IMG/VR virus record: IMGVR_UViG_3300024262_000026 | Span: 1 to 64,000 of that record | Direction: 5' to 3' (one strand) | DNA from: a virus | Length of the DNA: 64,000 nucleotides | In this document: positions 9,536 to 19,077 of the stretch, piece by piece | How positions within the stretch are numbered: the stretch's first letter is position 1 | Layout: each line of letters begins with the position of its first letter | The notes under the pieces: model-generated | What the model saw: the letters and a program-made list of their open reading frames with translations, nothing else | Told to the model about the DNA's origin: nothing | Database searches by the model: none | Position numbers and translations under genes: made by a program

Positions 9536-9826
9536 ATGAAGAAAATTATTTTATTAATATTAGTAATGTTTATTGGAATATCTGCTTACTCCCAAAAGAA
9601 AACTGTTGAAATTCCAAAACAAGACACATCTTTATTGTATATTGCAGATAGTTTAAATAGTGTTGGTGAAAACGTTAAATTAATTGGTGAAGAATTATAT
9701 AAGGATTATGATGAATTTGGGTTTGTTGGTTTTGTAAGAGTTTACAAATATTTCATACTTACTGCATTATTACTCATAGCACTCACTCTACTTTGGTTTA
9801 GAAATCGATATAATAACGAAGATTAA
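9536..9826 (+). CDS. Secreted/membrane protein
   Basis: Bacteroidota-like signal peptide MKKIILLILVMFIGISAYS|Q and a C-terminal TM helix. Confidence 0.7.
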   Translation: MKKIILLILVMFIGISAYSQKKTVEIPKQDTSLLYIADSLNSVGENVKLIGEELYKDYDEFGFVGFVRVYKYFILTALLLIALTLLWFRNRYNNED

Positions 9827-9860
9827 ACTAAAAATAATTTTTTTGTATTAAAATAAATTG

Positions 9861-9868
9861 TATTTTTG
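9861..9868 (+). promoter_or_regulatory. Bacteroidota -7 element TAnnTTTG
   Basis: TATTTTTG upstream of 9901. Confidence 0.65.
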
Positions 9869-9900
9869 CATTAGTAAAAAATTAAACTTAAAATAAAATT

Positions 9901-11643
9901 ATGAGTTCATACTTGAAAAATATTATGCCAAACAGGATGCATCAGAAACTAACAGACGCAGTTGTTGCTATGATGGCGACTGGTGACCTTCCTTACTATG
10001 GCGAATTTGCACTTTTTATCAATTTCTATGAAATCAATAATCCACAAGTACCTACTGCTGGTGTCAATGTTACTGCAAAAGGTATGAATTTTTATTGGAA
10101 CAAAGATTTCATTGATGGTATGAAACAACCTGAAGTGAATTTCTTATTAATTCACGAAGAATTTCACCTTCTTTTTGATCACGTCAAAAGAAGTGTTGGT
10201 TACGATCAAAGAATGGCAAATATTGCCCAGGATATGATTATCAACCAAATCATTCACGATGAAATTATGAAACAACAAGGACTTGGTGCCGCAGGAACAG
10301 GTGTTGGACAAGATCCTTTCTTAGATATTCCAAAAGACCATTTCAAAAATAACTCCGCACTTATGATTCCAAAAGAATACAAGGGTGAACCAATCTTTGA
10401 AGAACTTTACGAATGGCTTATTAACGAACAAAAGAAATGGCGTAAGAAAAACCAGGACAAACTCAAAGATATGAGAAGTAATCAGAGTAAATGTCCTAAA
10501 TGTGGAAAAGGAATGGAAGACAAGAACCAAAAAGGTGAAGGTCAAGATGGTGACGGAAACGCATCTGGAAAAGAGGATAAAGAAGAAAAAGACGGTAAAG
10601 GAAACGCTGAAGGTAAAGGTAAAGGTGACAAATCTGATGACCAAAATCAGCAAGGTGGTTCAGGTGACGGCAAAGGTGACAAATCTGATGAAAAAAACCA
10701 AGGTGATGGTGGAGGTTCAGGTGACGAACAATCCGATGACCAAAGTCAAGGTAGTGGTTCAGGTTCAGGCTCAGGTGATGGTGGTGAACAAGAAAACGAC
10801 CCAAACACTTGTCCTCATTGCGGACACAAAAAATCTGCAAAAGAACAACAAGAATCACGTAACGGTGATAAAGACACAGAAGGAAAAGATAGATATGGTA
10901 AATATGGTAAAAATGATGTAGAATGTTACTCAAAGGAAACTATATTTGAAGGTGAAGAGAGAAATGAACAAAATACTCTTGACACTCATATTAGTGATGA
11001 AGTTCCACCTGAAATGAAACGTGAAGTTGTTGAAGGTGTTATGCAGACTTTGAAAAATCGTGGATTATCAAGTGGTGAAATTGAAACCATCTTGAACAAA
11101 CTTAGAAAAACACGAAAAGATTACTTAAAAGAAATCAAAAGAACTATGAGTAATCACGTTTTTGGAACAAAAAAACAAAAAACTATTGTTCGTCCAAACA
11201 GGCGTGGTATTCAAGGTTTAAAAGGACACAAAAAATACAGAAACGAAATTAATTGTATCTTAGATACATCAGGTTCTATGGGTGGTGAATTTGAAAAAGT
11301 TCTTTCTTACATTTTCCAAAATGATATTGAAATAAACCTTATTCAAATTGATGCACAAGTTCAAGATGTTATTAAAATTAAAGAAAAGAGAGAACTTGAA
11401 AGAATGAGAATCCGTGGTCTCGGTGGAACAATTTTACAACCAGCAATTGACTTTATGACTGACCCAAAAAATAAGATTTACAAAAACAATACTGTAATTC
11501 TTACTGATGGATATACAGATAGTTTGAATTTTAAAAATGTCAAAGGTCAAACATTAATACTTTCAACCGCCAGCAAGTGTCCTATAACTTTTGATAATGG
11601 AAGAGTCAAACAGATAGTAGATATAGGTAAACAAGAAGATTAA
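9901..11643 (+). CDS. Metallopeptidase-like + VWA domain protein (DUF2201-like)
   Basis: HEEFH (HExxH), Gly/Asp-rich linker flanked by CPKC and CPHC, MIDAS DTSGS..GGT..LTDG. Confidence 0.9.
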   Translation: MSSYLKNIMPNRMHQKLTDAVVAMMATGDLPYYGEFALFINFYEINNPQVPTAGVNVTAKGMNFYWNKDFIDGMKQPEVNFLLIHEEFHLLFDHVKRSVGYDQRMANIAQDMIINQIIHDEIMKQQGLGAAGTGVGQDPFLDIPKDHFKNNSALMIPKEYKGEPIFEELYEWLINEQKKWRKKNQDKLKDMRSNQSKCPKCGKGMEDKNQKGEGQDGDGNASGKEDKEEKDGKGNAEGKGKGDKSDDQNQQGGSGDGKGDKSDEKNQGDGGGSGDEQSDDQSQGSGSGSGSGDGGEQENDPNTCPHCGHKKSAKEQQESRNGDKDTEGKDRYGKYGKNDVECYSKETIFEGEERNEQNTLDTHISDEVPPEMKREVVEGVMQTLKNRGLSSGEIETILNKLRKTRKDYLKEIKRTMSNHVFGTKKQKTIVRPNRRGIQGLKGHKKYRNEINCILDTSGSMGGEFEKVLSYIFQNDIEINLIQIDAQVQDVIKIKEKRELERMRIRGLGGTILQPAIDFMTDPKNKIYKNNTVILTDGYTDSLNFKNVKGQTLILSTASKCPITFDNGRVKQIVDIGKQED

Positions 11644-11645
11644 AT

Positions 11646-11678
11646 GAAAAAGTCACATTGTTAGATGTGACTTTTTTT
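11646..11678. terminator. Bidirectional intrinsic terminator
   Basis: aaaaagtcacat/atgtgacttttt between convergent genes. Confidence 0.85.
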
Positions 11679-11680
11679 AT

Positions 11681-12574
11681 TTATAAAAATTTTAATCTAT
11701 ATTCATTTTCATTTAATGAACCCTTTTGTGAATTTAATCTATTTTTTGTAAAACATAAATTATCAATATTTGCAATTTGCTCAATATCTAAATTATTAGA
11801 AAATCCATAAAAAACGCTAATTTTATGATCTAATGTAGGATAATTAACATTCTGTGCTGTTAATGAAAAATTATCTTTTATATATTCACCATCATAATAG
11901 TCATAACCATTCCAATCTTTTAACATATCATTTTTTAATCTATCTGAAATATTATCAACTTTTCTTCGGTATAAAAAATATGATTCTAATAAATGATCAG
12001 GAATTTGATTACCCCTTTTAATTCGAGTTTGTTTTCGTTTTTCTTGCTGACTCGATAATTTGCTATCATGCACAACTCCCCAATTTTTTAAATTTGATAT
12101 GATACCTTTACTTTTAACTTTATCACTTTGTTTAGGATTCACAACACCATATTTTTTCAAACAAGTCTTTTTAATTTTATCTTTCACTTCTTGTAATTCC
12201 ATTTGATGATTAACACCATATTTTTCGTTAAATGTTTTTTTAATTTTTTCTTTAACAAAATCTGATTGAAATGGATTTTCAACTCCATACTTTATCACAC
12301 AAACATCTTTAATTTTCTGATTTGAACAATCTTTATTTAAACATGCATCTTTATTACAAATTTCATTATGTTTTATATAATTCTTATAAATCACACTTAA
12401 CACCTTCCCACAGTAATCACACTTAACACTAACCAACACTTTGCTACCTTCACTTAAGTCTTTAATATCGATTTCAAATAATTCTTTAGATGAATTTATA
12501 TTATATCCCAATTTTTGATAATATTTGAATTTTCTTGATCCTGCTTTGATTTTTACTTTTTTACTAATTAACAT
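11681..12574 (-). CDS. Putative HNH homing endonuclease with YGVxNP repeats
   Basis: CDYC zinc finger, four [YW]GVxxxxQ repeats, C-terminal TLDHKIS...NLCF..NSQK. Confidence 0.7.
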   Translation of the reverse strand: MLISKKVKIKAGSRKFKYYQKLGYNINSSKELFEIDIKDLSEGSKVLVSVKCDYCGKVLSVIYKNYIKHNEICNKDACLNKDCSNQKIKDVCVIKYGVENPFQSDFVKEKIKKTFNEKYGVNHQMELQEVKDKIKKTCLKKYGVVNPKQSDKVKSKGIISNLKNWGVVHDSKLSSQQEKRKQTRIKRGNQIPDHLLESYFLYRRKVDNISDRLKNDMLKDWNGYDYYDGEYIKDNFSLTAQNVNYPTLDHKISVFYGFSNNLDIEQIANIDNLCFTKNRLNSQKGSLNENEYRLKFL

Positions 12575-12680
12575 CTTACTCTATTATTTTCACTTAATCT
12601 ATATATAAAAATTGTAGTGCCCCCTAATCACTTTATTTGATATTTTTTTCAACTTTTATTTTTTATATCAATAAAAATAT

Positions 12681-12688
12681 TATCTTTG
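12681..12688 (+). promoter_or_regulatory. Bacteroidota -7 element TAnnTTTG
   Basis: TATCTTTG upstream of 12711. Confidence 0.7.
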
Positions 12689-12710
12689 TACAAATTATAA
12701 AAGAAAAAAA

Positions 12711-14699
12711 ATGAGTAGAAAAGACGATTTATTAAAATTATTCTCACAGAATACAAATTATTATTTTCATATTATTCCAAATGAACTTGGACAACTGATA
12801 TATGTAAGTCAAGAAAAAGATGAATATACTACCGAAGGATTAGAATTCAAACTCAACTCTATCATTGAAGGATTTCTCAATAAATCTGAAGAAATTAAAT
12901 TCAAAAAAGTTGCACCATCAATATACTTCACAAAAGAAACAAATATTGAAAAATTGAAATATGAACTTGGTGAGGATATGATGGAAGATGCTAATTTTTC
13001 ATCATTCATTGAAGATATTAAAGATGAATACAGGGCTCTTGAAGTTGAAGATTTTCTTCTTTATGAAAAAGATCCTGATGCATATGAAAAGAAAAAAGAA
13101 GAAGAATATAAACAACAACAACTTGAAACTTGGGAAAGATATAAAAAACAATCCGAAGAACAAGAAAGAATTAAAAGAACCGCAATTAAAGAATATGATA
13201 ATGATTTAGTAAAATTGTTCAAAGATAATCTTACTCACGACATTATAAAAAAAGATAAAAAATGGAATTTAAAAAATCCATTTTCTCAAATAGTATATTC
13301 GATTCTTACAAATGATGAAGAACAAGGAAAAATGTGGCCGATGCGTGAAAATCAATCAATTACAGGTAATGAAAAATTTGAACCAATCTCCATTGATGGG
13401 AATTTGATGTCAATTTTACTTTCCGATAGAATGTCTGATACATATATCGTAAATTTTAAACTTAATGGTCCTGTTCTTGATATTGATAGTGTTGTAGGTC
13501 CTGTCGAATCTGACACCAAACATATGTCAGACTATGATTTCCTTATGAAAATTTTTGATTTTGACATTACACCTAATTTTATTGATTGGAAAAATATGTA
13601 CGAAAATGAAAAATTGGACGCAGTTGTTGATGAAATAATTAGACTTCATAATGAAGAAAAAGAACAAAAAGAGAAAGAAAAAAATGAAGTTGTAAATTCT
13701 TCTATTGCTAAGGCTTTCTTTATAATTGATAAATATGAAGTACAAATTGGTGAGATACCTGGTATTATTGGAGAAAATATTTCAGATGAATTATTCAAAA
13801 TTGTTGAGGATAAAGTAACTGAATTAGAAATTGAGTTTAAAAGAGGTGATTGGTTAAATAACAATATCGAATTTATTGAAACTATTACTTATAATCAAGT
13901 TGAAAAAATTTATAAACATCTTATCGAAAATGGATATATGTTAGATACATATAGACAAGAAACTGAATTTCCTTTTATGGATTTGAGAAAACCAGATACA
14001 TCACAATACACTATTTATGTTGGATGGGAAGATTCAGATGAACAATATGGTGATGGTGGCTATTATGATGATGAATTTTCTTTCAATATTTACACCTCTC
14101 ACACAACAGATGTTGTGTATGATCAACCTGTTAAATGGATAGATCAAAGAATATCCCAACTCTTAAAACCATTGAATGGTGGGGATTTTTATATTGATTT
14201 TGGAGCCGCTGAAAATTTACATTCGGTAACAGTTAAAAACGCATCAAAAGGTAATTTGAAATTAAGAGTGAAAAATTTTATAAGTCAAATGGAAGACTTA
14301 GTCGATTCTACCGAAGGATTTGAATGGTATAATGAAAATCCAACATATAATGGTAATAATAATAACAACACCAATAAGAATTTAAGCAATATGAATACTA
14401 ATGATTATATGTTTGGTGTTTGTATACCACCTCAGGTTGGTGATATGGAACCTCCAGCAATCGCAATGGTGACAAAGAATTTTTACATGAATAATGGTGG
14501 AGGTTTGGATGATTCTTTTGGCTCACATAGTTTACCTAAAAATATTATAGATGCTCTAAATAGAGCAGGTATTTGTGGTGATGTTGAATTAATGGAATCA
14601 ATATGGGAAGTAATAGATTACTCTAGAACTAAACAAGATATAATTAATAGTCTAGTAAAAGAAGGATTTGTTTATAGCCCAGATATGGATTCATTTTAA
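12711..14699 (+). CDS. Large acidic hypothetical protein
   Basis: 662-aa ORF, no family recognised. Confidence 0.8.
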   Translation: MSRKDDLLKLFSQNTNYYFHIIPNELGQLIYVSQEKDEYTTEGLEFKLNSIIEGFLNKSEEIKFKKVAPSIYFTKETNIEKLKYELGEDMMEDANFSSFIEDIKDEYRALEVEDFLLYEKDPDAYEKKKEEEYKQQQLETWERYKKQSEEQERIKRTAIKEYDNDLVKLFKDNLTHDIIKKDKKWNLKNPFSQIVYSILTNDEEQGKMWPMRENQSITGNEKFEPISIDGNLMSILLSDRMSDTYIVNFKLNGPVLDIDSVVGPVESDTKHMSDYDFLMKIFDFDITPNFIDWKNMYENEKLDAVVDEIIRLHNEEKEQKEKEKNEVVNSSIAKAFFIIDKYEVQIGEIPGIIGENISDELFKIVEDKVTELEIEFKRGDWLNNNIEFIETITYNQVEKIYKHLIENGYMLDTYRQETEFPFMDLRKPDTSQYTIYVGWEDSDEQYGDGGYYDDEFSFNIYTSHTTDVVYDQPVKWIDQRISQLLKPLNGGDFYIDFGAAENLHSVTVKNASKGNLKLRVKNFISQMEDLVDSTEGFEWYNENPTYNGNNNNNTNKNLSNMNTNDYMFGVCIPPQVGDMEPPAIAMVTKNFYMNNGGGLDDSFGSHSLPKNIIDALNRAGICGDVELMESIWEVIDYSRTKQDIINSLVKEGFVYSPDMDSF

Positions 14700-14738
14700 T
14701 AAAATTGAAAATAAATTTTTTTATTAGAAAAACTTCCA

Positions 14739-14746
14739 TACTTTTG
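14739..14746 (+). promoter_or_regulatory. Bacteroidota -7 element TAnnTTTG
   Basis: TACTTTTG upstream of the AAA gene. Confidence 0.7.
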
Positions 14747-14785
14747 TAAAACGAAATTAATAAATAATAAATAGAAAATAATAAT

Positions 14786-16114
14786 ATGGCACAGAAAATG
14801 GCTCAACCAAAAAGAAAGATTACTGACAATCCAGCCGCTCTTAAAGGTTTTGAAAAACTATCAGAAAGAGAACAAAGATATTTCAGAGTTATGTACTCCA
14901 AGTCTGGTGTACTTTTTATCACATCACCTCCAGGTATCGCAAAATCCGCTGTTGCAAGGTCAATCGCCCGCAAATTAGGTATGCAGTATTTCGATATTCG
15001 TTTATCTATGGTTGATGAAACCGATGTTGGTTTGTTCCCTGTTGTTGATACTGTTACAATTGAAGATTTTGATAGTATTGATGGTTTTGGTAAAGGTATG
15101 ATTAGTTCTGTTGATCCTAATCAAAAGAAAACCGTCCAAGTAAAAACTTTGAAGCATGTCGTTCCAGAATGGGCTATCAAAGCCAATATGAAACCAACAC
15201 TTATTCACTTTGAAGAGTTAAACCGTTCAACACTTCAAGTAAGAAATGCCGCACTTCAGTTGCTTCTTGAACGTGAAATTGGTGCTTTCTTCAAATTTAA
15301 CGATTCAGTATTTATGATGTCCTCAGGTAACCTTGGAGAAGAAGATGGTACTGATGTTGAAGAATTTGACCAGGCTTTGAATAACCGTCTTATTCACTAT
15401 ACTCACGATATGCCTTTCCCAGAATGGAAAAAAGAATTCGCTGATGAAAATGTTCACCCAGTTGTTGTAGGTTTCCTTCGTGCCAATGCACAATATTACT
15501 ACAAGAAACCTGATGAAAGAACTCAAAACAACAAGGCTTACGCAACTCCACGTTCTTGGACTTTCCTTTCTGATTATATCTTTGCCAACTATGGTGAATG
15601 GGAAGAAAAACTTGATATGGATAGCAATGTTGTGAAAGATGAAAAAGGCAATTCTGTTATGATTCGTAGATTTCCTCACCCAAATGTATGGTTGAATGAT
15701 ATTCAGCACATTGGACACTCTTTCGTTGGAGCACCTAACGCAAGATTCTTAAGATATGTACAAGATACGTTGAAAATATCTCTTATTGATGTTCTTGATA
15801 GATTTGATGAAATTGAAGATGATATCAAAGAATTCACCCGTGATAAGAAATCTGAACTTCTTACCAATATGAAAGAAAAGAAAGTTGCTGATTTGAAATC
15901 ACATCAAGTTGATAACCTTGTTAAGTTCCTTATGACTGTATCTGATGATGAAGTTGTAGGTTACGTTCTCCACGTACTTGATATGGAATACAACTTGTCT
16001 GACAACACCAAACCTAACAAAATGTCCGAGAAATTCTTGGCTGATAAGAGGTTTGAAAGATTCCGTGCCACCATCTACGGTCACGTTGATGATGATAAGA
16101 ATAAAAAGAAATAA
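14786..16114 (+). CDS. MoxR-like AAA+ ATPase
   Basis: Walker A variant SPPGIAKS, Walker B variant IHFEELNR, SGN, ALNNR, TPRSW. Confidence 0.9.
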   Translation: MAQKMAQPKRKITDNPAALKGFEKLSEREQRYFRVMYSKSGVLFITSPPGIAKSAVARSIARKLGMQYFDIRLSMVDETDVGLFPVVDTVTIEDFDSIDGFGKGMISSVDPNQKKTVQVKTLKHVVPEWAIKANMKPTLIHFEELNRSTLQVRNAALQLLLEREIGAFFKFNDSVFMMSSGNLGEEDGTDVEEFDQALNNRLIHYTHDMPFPEWKKEFADENVHPVVVGFLRANAQYYYKKPDERTQNNKAYATPRSWTFLSDYIFANYGEWEEKLDMDSNVVKDEKGNSVMIRRFPHPNVWLNDIQHIGHSFVGAPNARFLRYVQDTLKISLIDVLDRFDEIEDDIKEFTRDKKSELLTNMKEKKVADLKSHQVDNLVKFLMTVSDDEVVGYVLHVLDMEYNLSDNTKPNKMSEKFLADKRFERFRATIYGHVDDDKNKKK

Positions 16115-16146
16115 TACTCTCTCTTTCTTTTTGGTTAATCCCAACG

Positions 16147-16177
16147 AAAAAAGAGGCTCAATTTTGAGCCTCTTTTT
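16147..16177. terminator. Bidirectional terminator
   Basis: aaaaagaggctca/tgagcctcttttt at a convergent junction. Confidence 0.8.
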
Positions 16178-16580
16178 CTATTTTATCAAGTTTGATTTTT
16201 CTATCCCGTTTTAATAGTTCCTTTGTTGTAAAACCCCAAGCAATACATCCAAACCGAACATCAGTATCAATATCAGATTTACCTTTTACTGCGGTATCAC
16301 CATCTATCGATGTAAGAGTTAAACCATCTTTACAGATATGATATGCCCATAATGGCATCACTATTAAATTTTCATCCCAAGACGAAAACCCAAGTTCGAA
16401 TAATTCATCCTTTGTAAACTTTGTAAAATCAATATCTTGATCTTCACAAAATTTGTCATATGCTTCACGAATTTGTTTAAGCTTAAAATCATCACCCCAA
16501 CCATCATATTCAAAAGCCTGAGCATTTGTCGAAATAATATAATTTTTATAACTGTTTATTTTCTGTACTTCTTCTCTCAC
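16158..16580 (-). CDS. Hypothetical phage protein with C-terminal RxxKLxxI tag
   Basis: Ends DRKIKLDKIEKEAQN. Confidence 0.75.
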   Translation of the reverse strand: MREEVQKINSYKNYIISTNAQAFEYDGWGDDFKLKQIREAYDKFCEDQDIDFTKFTKDELFELGFSSWDENLIVMPLWAYHICKDGLTLTSIDGDTAVKGKSDIDTDVRFGCIAWGFTTKELLKRDRKIKLDKIEKEAQN

Positions 16581-16586
16581 TAAAAA

Positions 16587-19061
16587 TTAATTATATTTTT
16601 GGTAGGACTTTTCTTCCACCAGAGAACTACCTTTGCTGACATTTATTCTTTTCTTAATATCAGATCTCACATCATTTGTAAAATATACACTTCTTGCAAG
16701 TTCTACAAATTCATCATCAAATGTTTTCTTTCGTTCTTTATCTCTAATATCATCTTCAATTTTCCAAAGTTTTCTATTGATTTCTAATAAATCTTGATAA
16801 TCATCATCTTCTTCAAAAATATCAATTTCATTCTCCATTATTTTCTTAAGTTCATTATATTCTTTTCTGATATTTTTGGTTTTGTTTTCATCCTTTATAT
16901 TTTCAAGTTTTATCTGTAAAATAGTAACTTTATCGACTAATTCTCCTTTTGAGTTTGGAATGTTTACTGAATTCTTTTCTAATTCAATTTCTTTTATTGC
17001 CTGAATAACTTCAGCAGGTTGAATTACTTTTGAACATATAAAATCTTTATCTTGAGGACAATATAACCATTTATGTGTGTCAAATTTTAAAGATGTATCA
17101 TTCCAACAACCATTACAAACCGAATCATTATGAATACGTTTAATATTCTTTTTAAACTCATTCCAAGGCTTTGTAAAGCCTGATATCATAATAGTTGGAG
17201 TATTCAACGCCCAAGCCATCCAAGCCAACCCAGTACTCAGGGTGATTATCATATCCGCATTTTTAATATCGACAATTCTATCCACTAAATCAATATTACC
17301 TGTCTTATCAATAAGTCCTCTAACTTTTGGTGCCTGATTAAAATGTCCAGAAATTCCAAAACTTTTTTCTCTATCAATTACAACTATTTTATATCCATTA
17401 TTTTTAAGATAATCAAATACTCGTTCCCAACCTACAGGATTATTCCAATATTTTAATTGTGCGGTTGATTGTAATGCAATTACAACATATTTACCTCTTA
17501 TATTTCGTTCCCTTTCAGGTTCATCTATTTTACCATCAAGTTCTATCATCGGCAAACCTAAGGCATTTGGTGCAATTAATTGAATTGGCAAATTTCTATA
17601 ATCAATCATCGATGGATTATCAAATCTACTTAAATCCATATCACTTATAGTGAGTGGATAATAATCAATTAAAAATCTCTTTGAAAATGAATATTTATTA
17701 TCATCTTCTGGTTTAATAAATTTTAAATTAGGGAACGAATTTATAAAAAGTTGATTCCAAAATGTACTAATATAAACTTTAACGTTGTGTTTCTTTCTAT
17801 ATTCTTCAGCATAAGGAACCCAAGAAATTGTATCACCTAATGATGTACTACTAATCCTAATATAATGTATCTCATCTTCTTTCTTTATAACCTTTACTTC
17901 AAATTCTTCATATTCTGGTAAAATTTCAACATCACCGATTTCGAATTTTTCTATATTTTCTATAACTTCTTGTGCCGTAATAGTTTTAGAACAAATAAAA
18001 TGCTCAAAAGTACCTTTATGTTTAGGACACCAGTTCCAATCACCTGGATCAAAAGATGCATATTCATCAGGCTTATTCATACAACCGTTACACACATCAT
18101 CATTATGCAACCTAACACAACCTGTTAAAAATTCCATAAAAGGTTCTGTAAATCCAGATATCATAATAACTTTAACTTTAAGTGCCCAAGCTAGCCAACT
18201 TATCCCTGACGATAATCCTATGAAAAATTCACAATGTTCTAACAACTTTATTGCTTCATCTAATGAATTATTATCAGGTTTAATAACACCATCTAAAGGT
18301 TTATTTCCCATATATTCGCCAGTTTCTTTACTTAGTGAATACACTAAATATCCTTTTGACTTCAAATAATTAACAACATCTTGCCAACCTGTAGGATTAT
18401 TCCAATATTTACATTGTGCGGTAGAATGTTCCGCAATACAAACATATTTTTGTTCTATTTTTCTCTCAGATTTTTCATAATAGATTGGTGAATGTTTTTC
18501 TTTCCAATTTTTAATACCCAAAATGTCAGCAACAACTTTTTGTAAAGGCTCACCGAATGGTTTAGTTACATTTTTATTTAAATTATTTCCACCATCAAAA
18601 TATCCCAACTTATAAGAATGAAGAAAATCATCACTACTTCGGGTATTTGGTTCAAAAAAAATTATATTTGGATATAGATTTTTAAAATATTTATTATAAA
18701 ATGTTGAACAATAAATTTTATTTAAATTGTGTTCTATTCTAAATTGTTCTACCATTGGCATCCAACCAATATTATCACCCAACGCTTTACTATCAAAAAA
18801 TATACAAACATCTTTTTCTTTTAAATCTAATTTTTTCTCAAAAACTATCTTATTATTAAATTTTACTCTGATTAACCAGTTAACGTAATATTTTTTATTA
18901 GTTTTTGCCCAATGATTGCTTTTCAAATCTATCTGAAATTCAACATTCTGATTATCCTGATTAACAAAATCAACATTATATGTATTTATACCATTTTTAT
19001 CATCAGGATCTTTTATATTTAAATAAGCACCATCATTAAAAGCATATTCAAAATTTACCAT
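16587..19061 (-). CDS. Tandem autotransporter O-heptosyltransferase-like (TibC/AAH) glycosyltransferase with C-terminal DUF6165-like domain
   Basis: Two repeats of SxxLGDxIxW, SxGxxWxAWAL, ISGFT, VCNGC..CP..CSK; tail GELVDKVTILQIK..LARSVYFTND..EEKSY. Confidence 0.8.
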   Translation of the reverse strand: MVNFEYAFNDGAYLNIKDPDDKNGINTYNVDFVNQDNQNVEFQIDLKSNHWAKTNKKYYVNWLIRVKFNNKIVFEKKLDLKEKDVCIFFDSKALGDNIGWMPMVEQFRIEHNLNKIYCSTFYNKYFKNLYPNIIFFEPNTRSSDDFLHSYKLGYFDGGNNLNKNVTKPFGEPLQKVVADILGIKNWKEKHSPIYYEKSERKIEQKYVCIAEHSTAQCKYWNNPTGWQDVVNYLKSKGYLVYSLSKETGEYMGNKPLDGVIKPDNNSLDEAIKLLEHCEFFIGLSSGISWLAWALKVKVIMISGFTEPFMEFLTGCVRLHNDDVCNGCMNKPDEYASFDPGDWNWCPKHKGTFEHFICSKTITAQEVIENIEKFEIGDVEILPEYEEFEVKVIKKEDEIHYIRISSTSLGDTISWVPYAEEYRKKHNVKVYISTFWNQLFINSFPNLKFIKPEDDNKYSFSKRFLIDYYPLTISDMDLSRFDNPSMIDYRNLPIQLIAPNALGLPMIELDGKIDEPERERNIRGKYVVIALQSTAQLKYWNNPVGWERVFDYLKNNGYKIVVIDREKSFGISGHFNQAPKVRGLIDKTGNIDLVDRIVDIKNADMIITLSTGLAWMAWALNTPTIMISGFTKPWNEFKKNIKRIHNDSVCNGCWNDTSLKFDTHKWLYCPQDKDFICSKVIQPAEVIQAIKEIELEKNSVNIPNSKGELVDKVTILQIKLENIKDENKTKNIRKEYNELKKIMENEIDIFEEDDDYQDLLEINRKLWKIEDDIRDKERKKTFDDEFVELARSVYFTNDVRSDIKKRINVSKGSSLVEEKSYQKYN

Positions 19062-19077
19062 TTTTTCATTTTATTTT

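Noticed and set aside
10321-10933. Three overlapping ORFs within the VWA gene
   Set aside because: Shadow frames of a low-complexity Gly/Asp/Lys linker.
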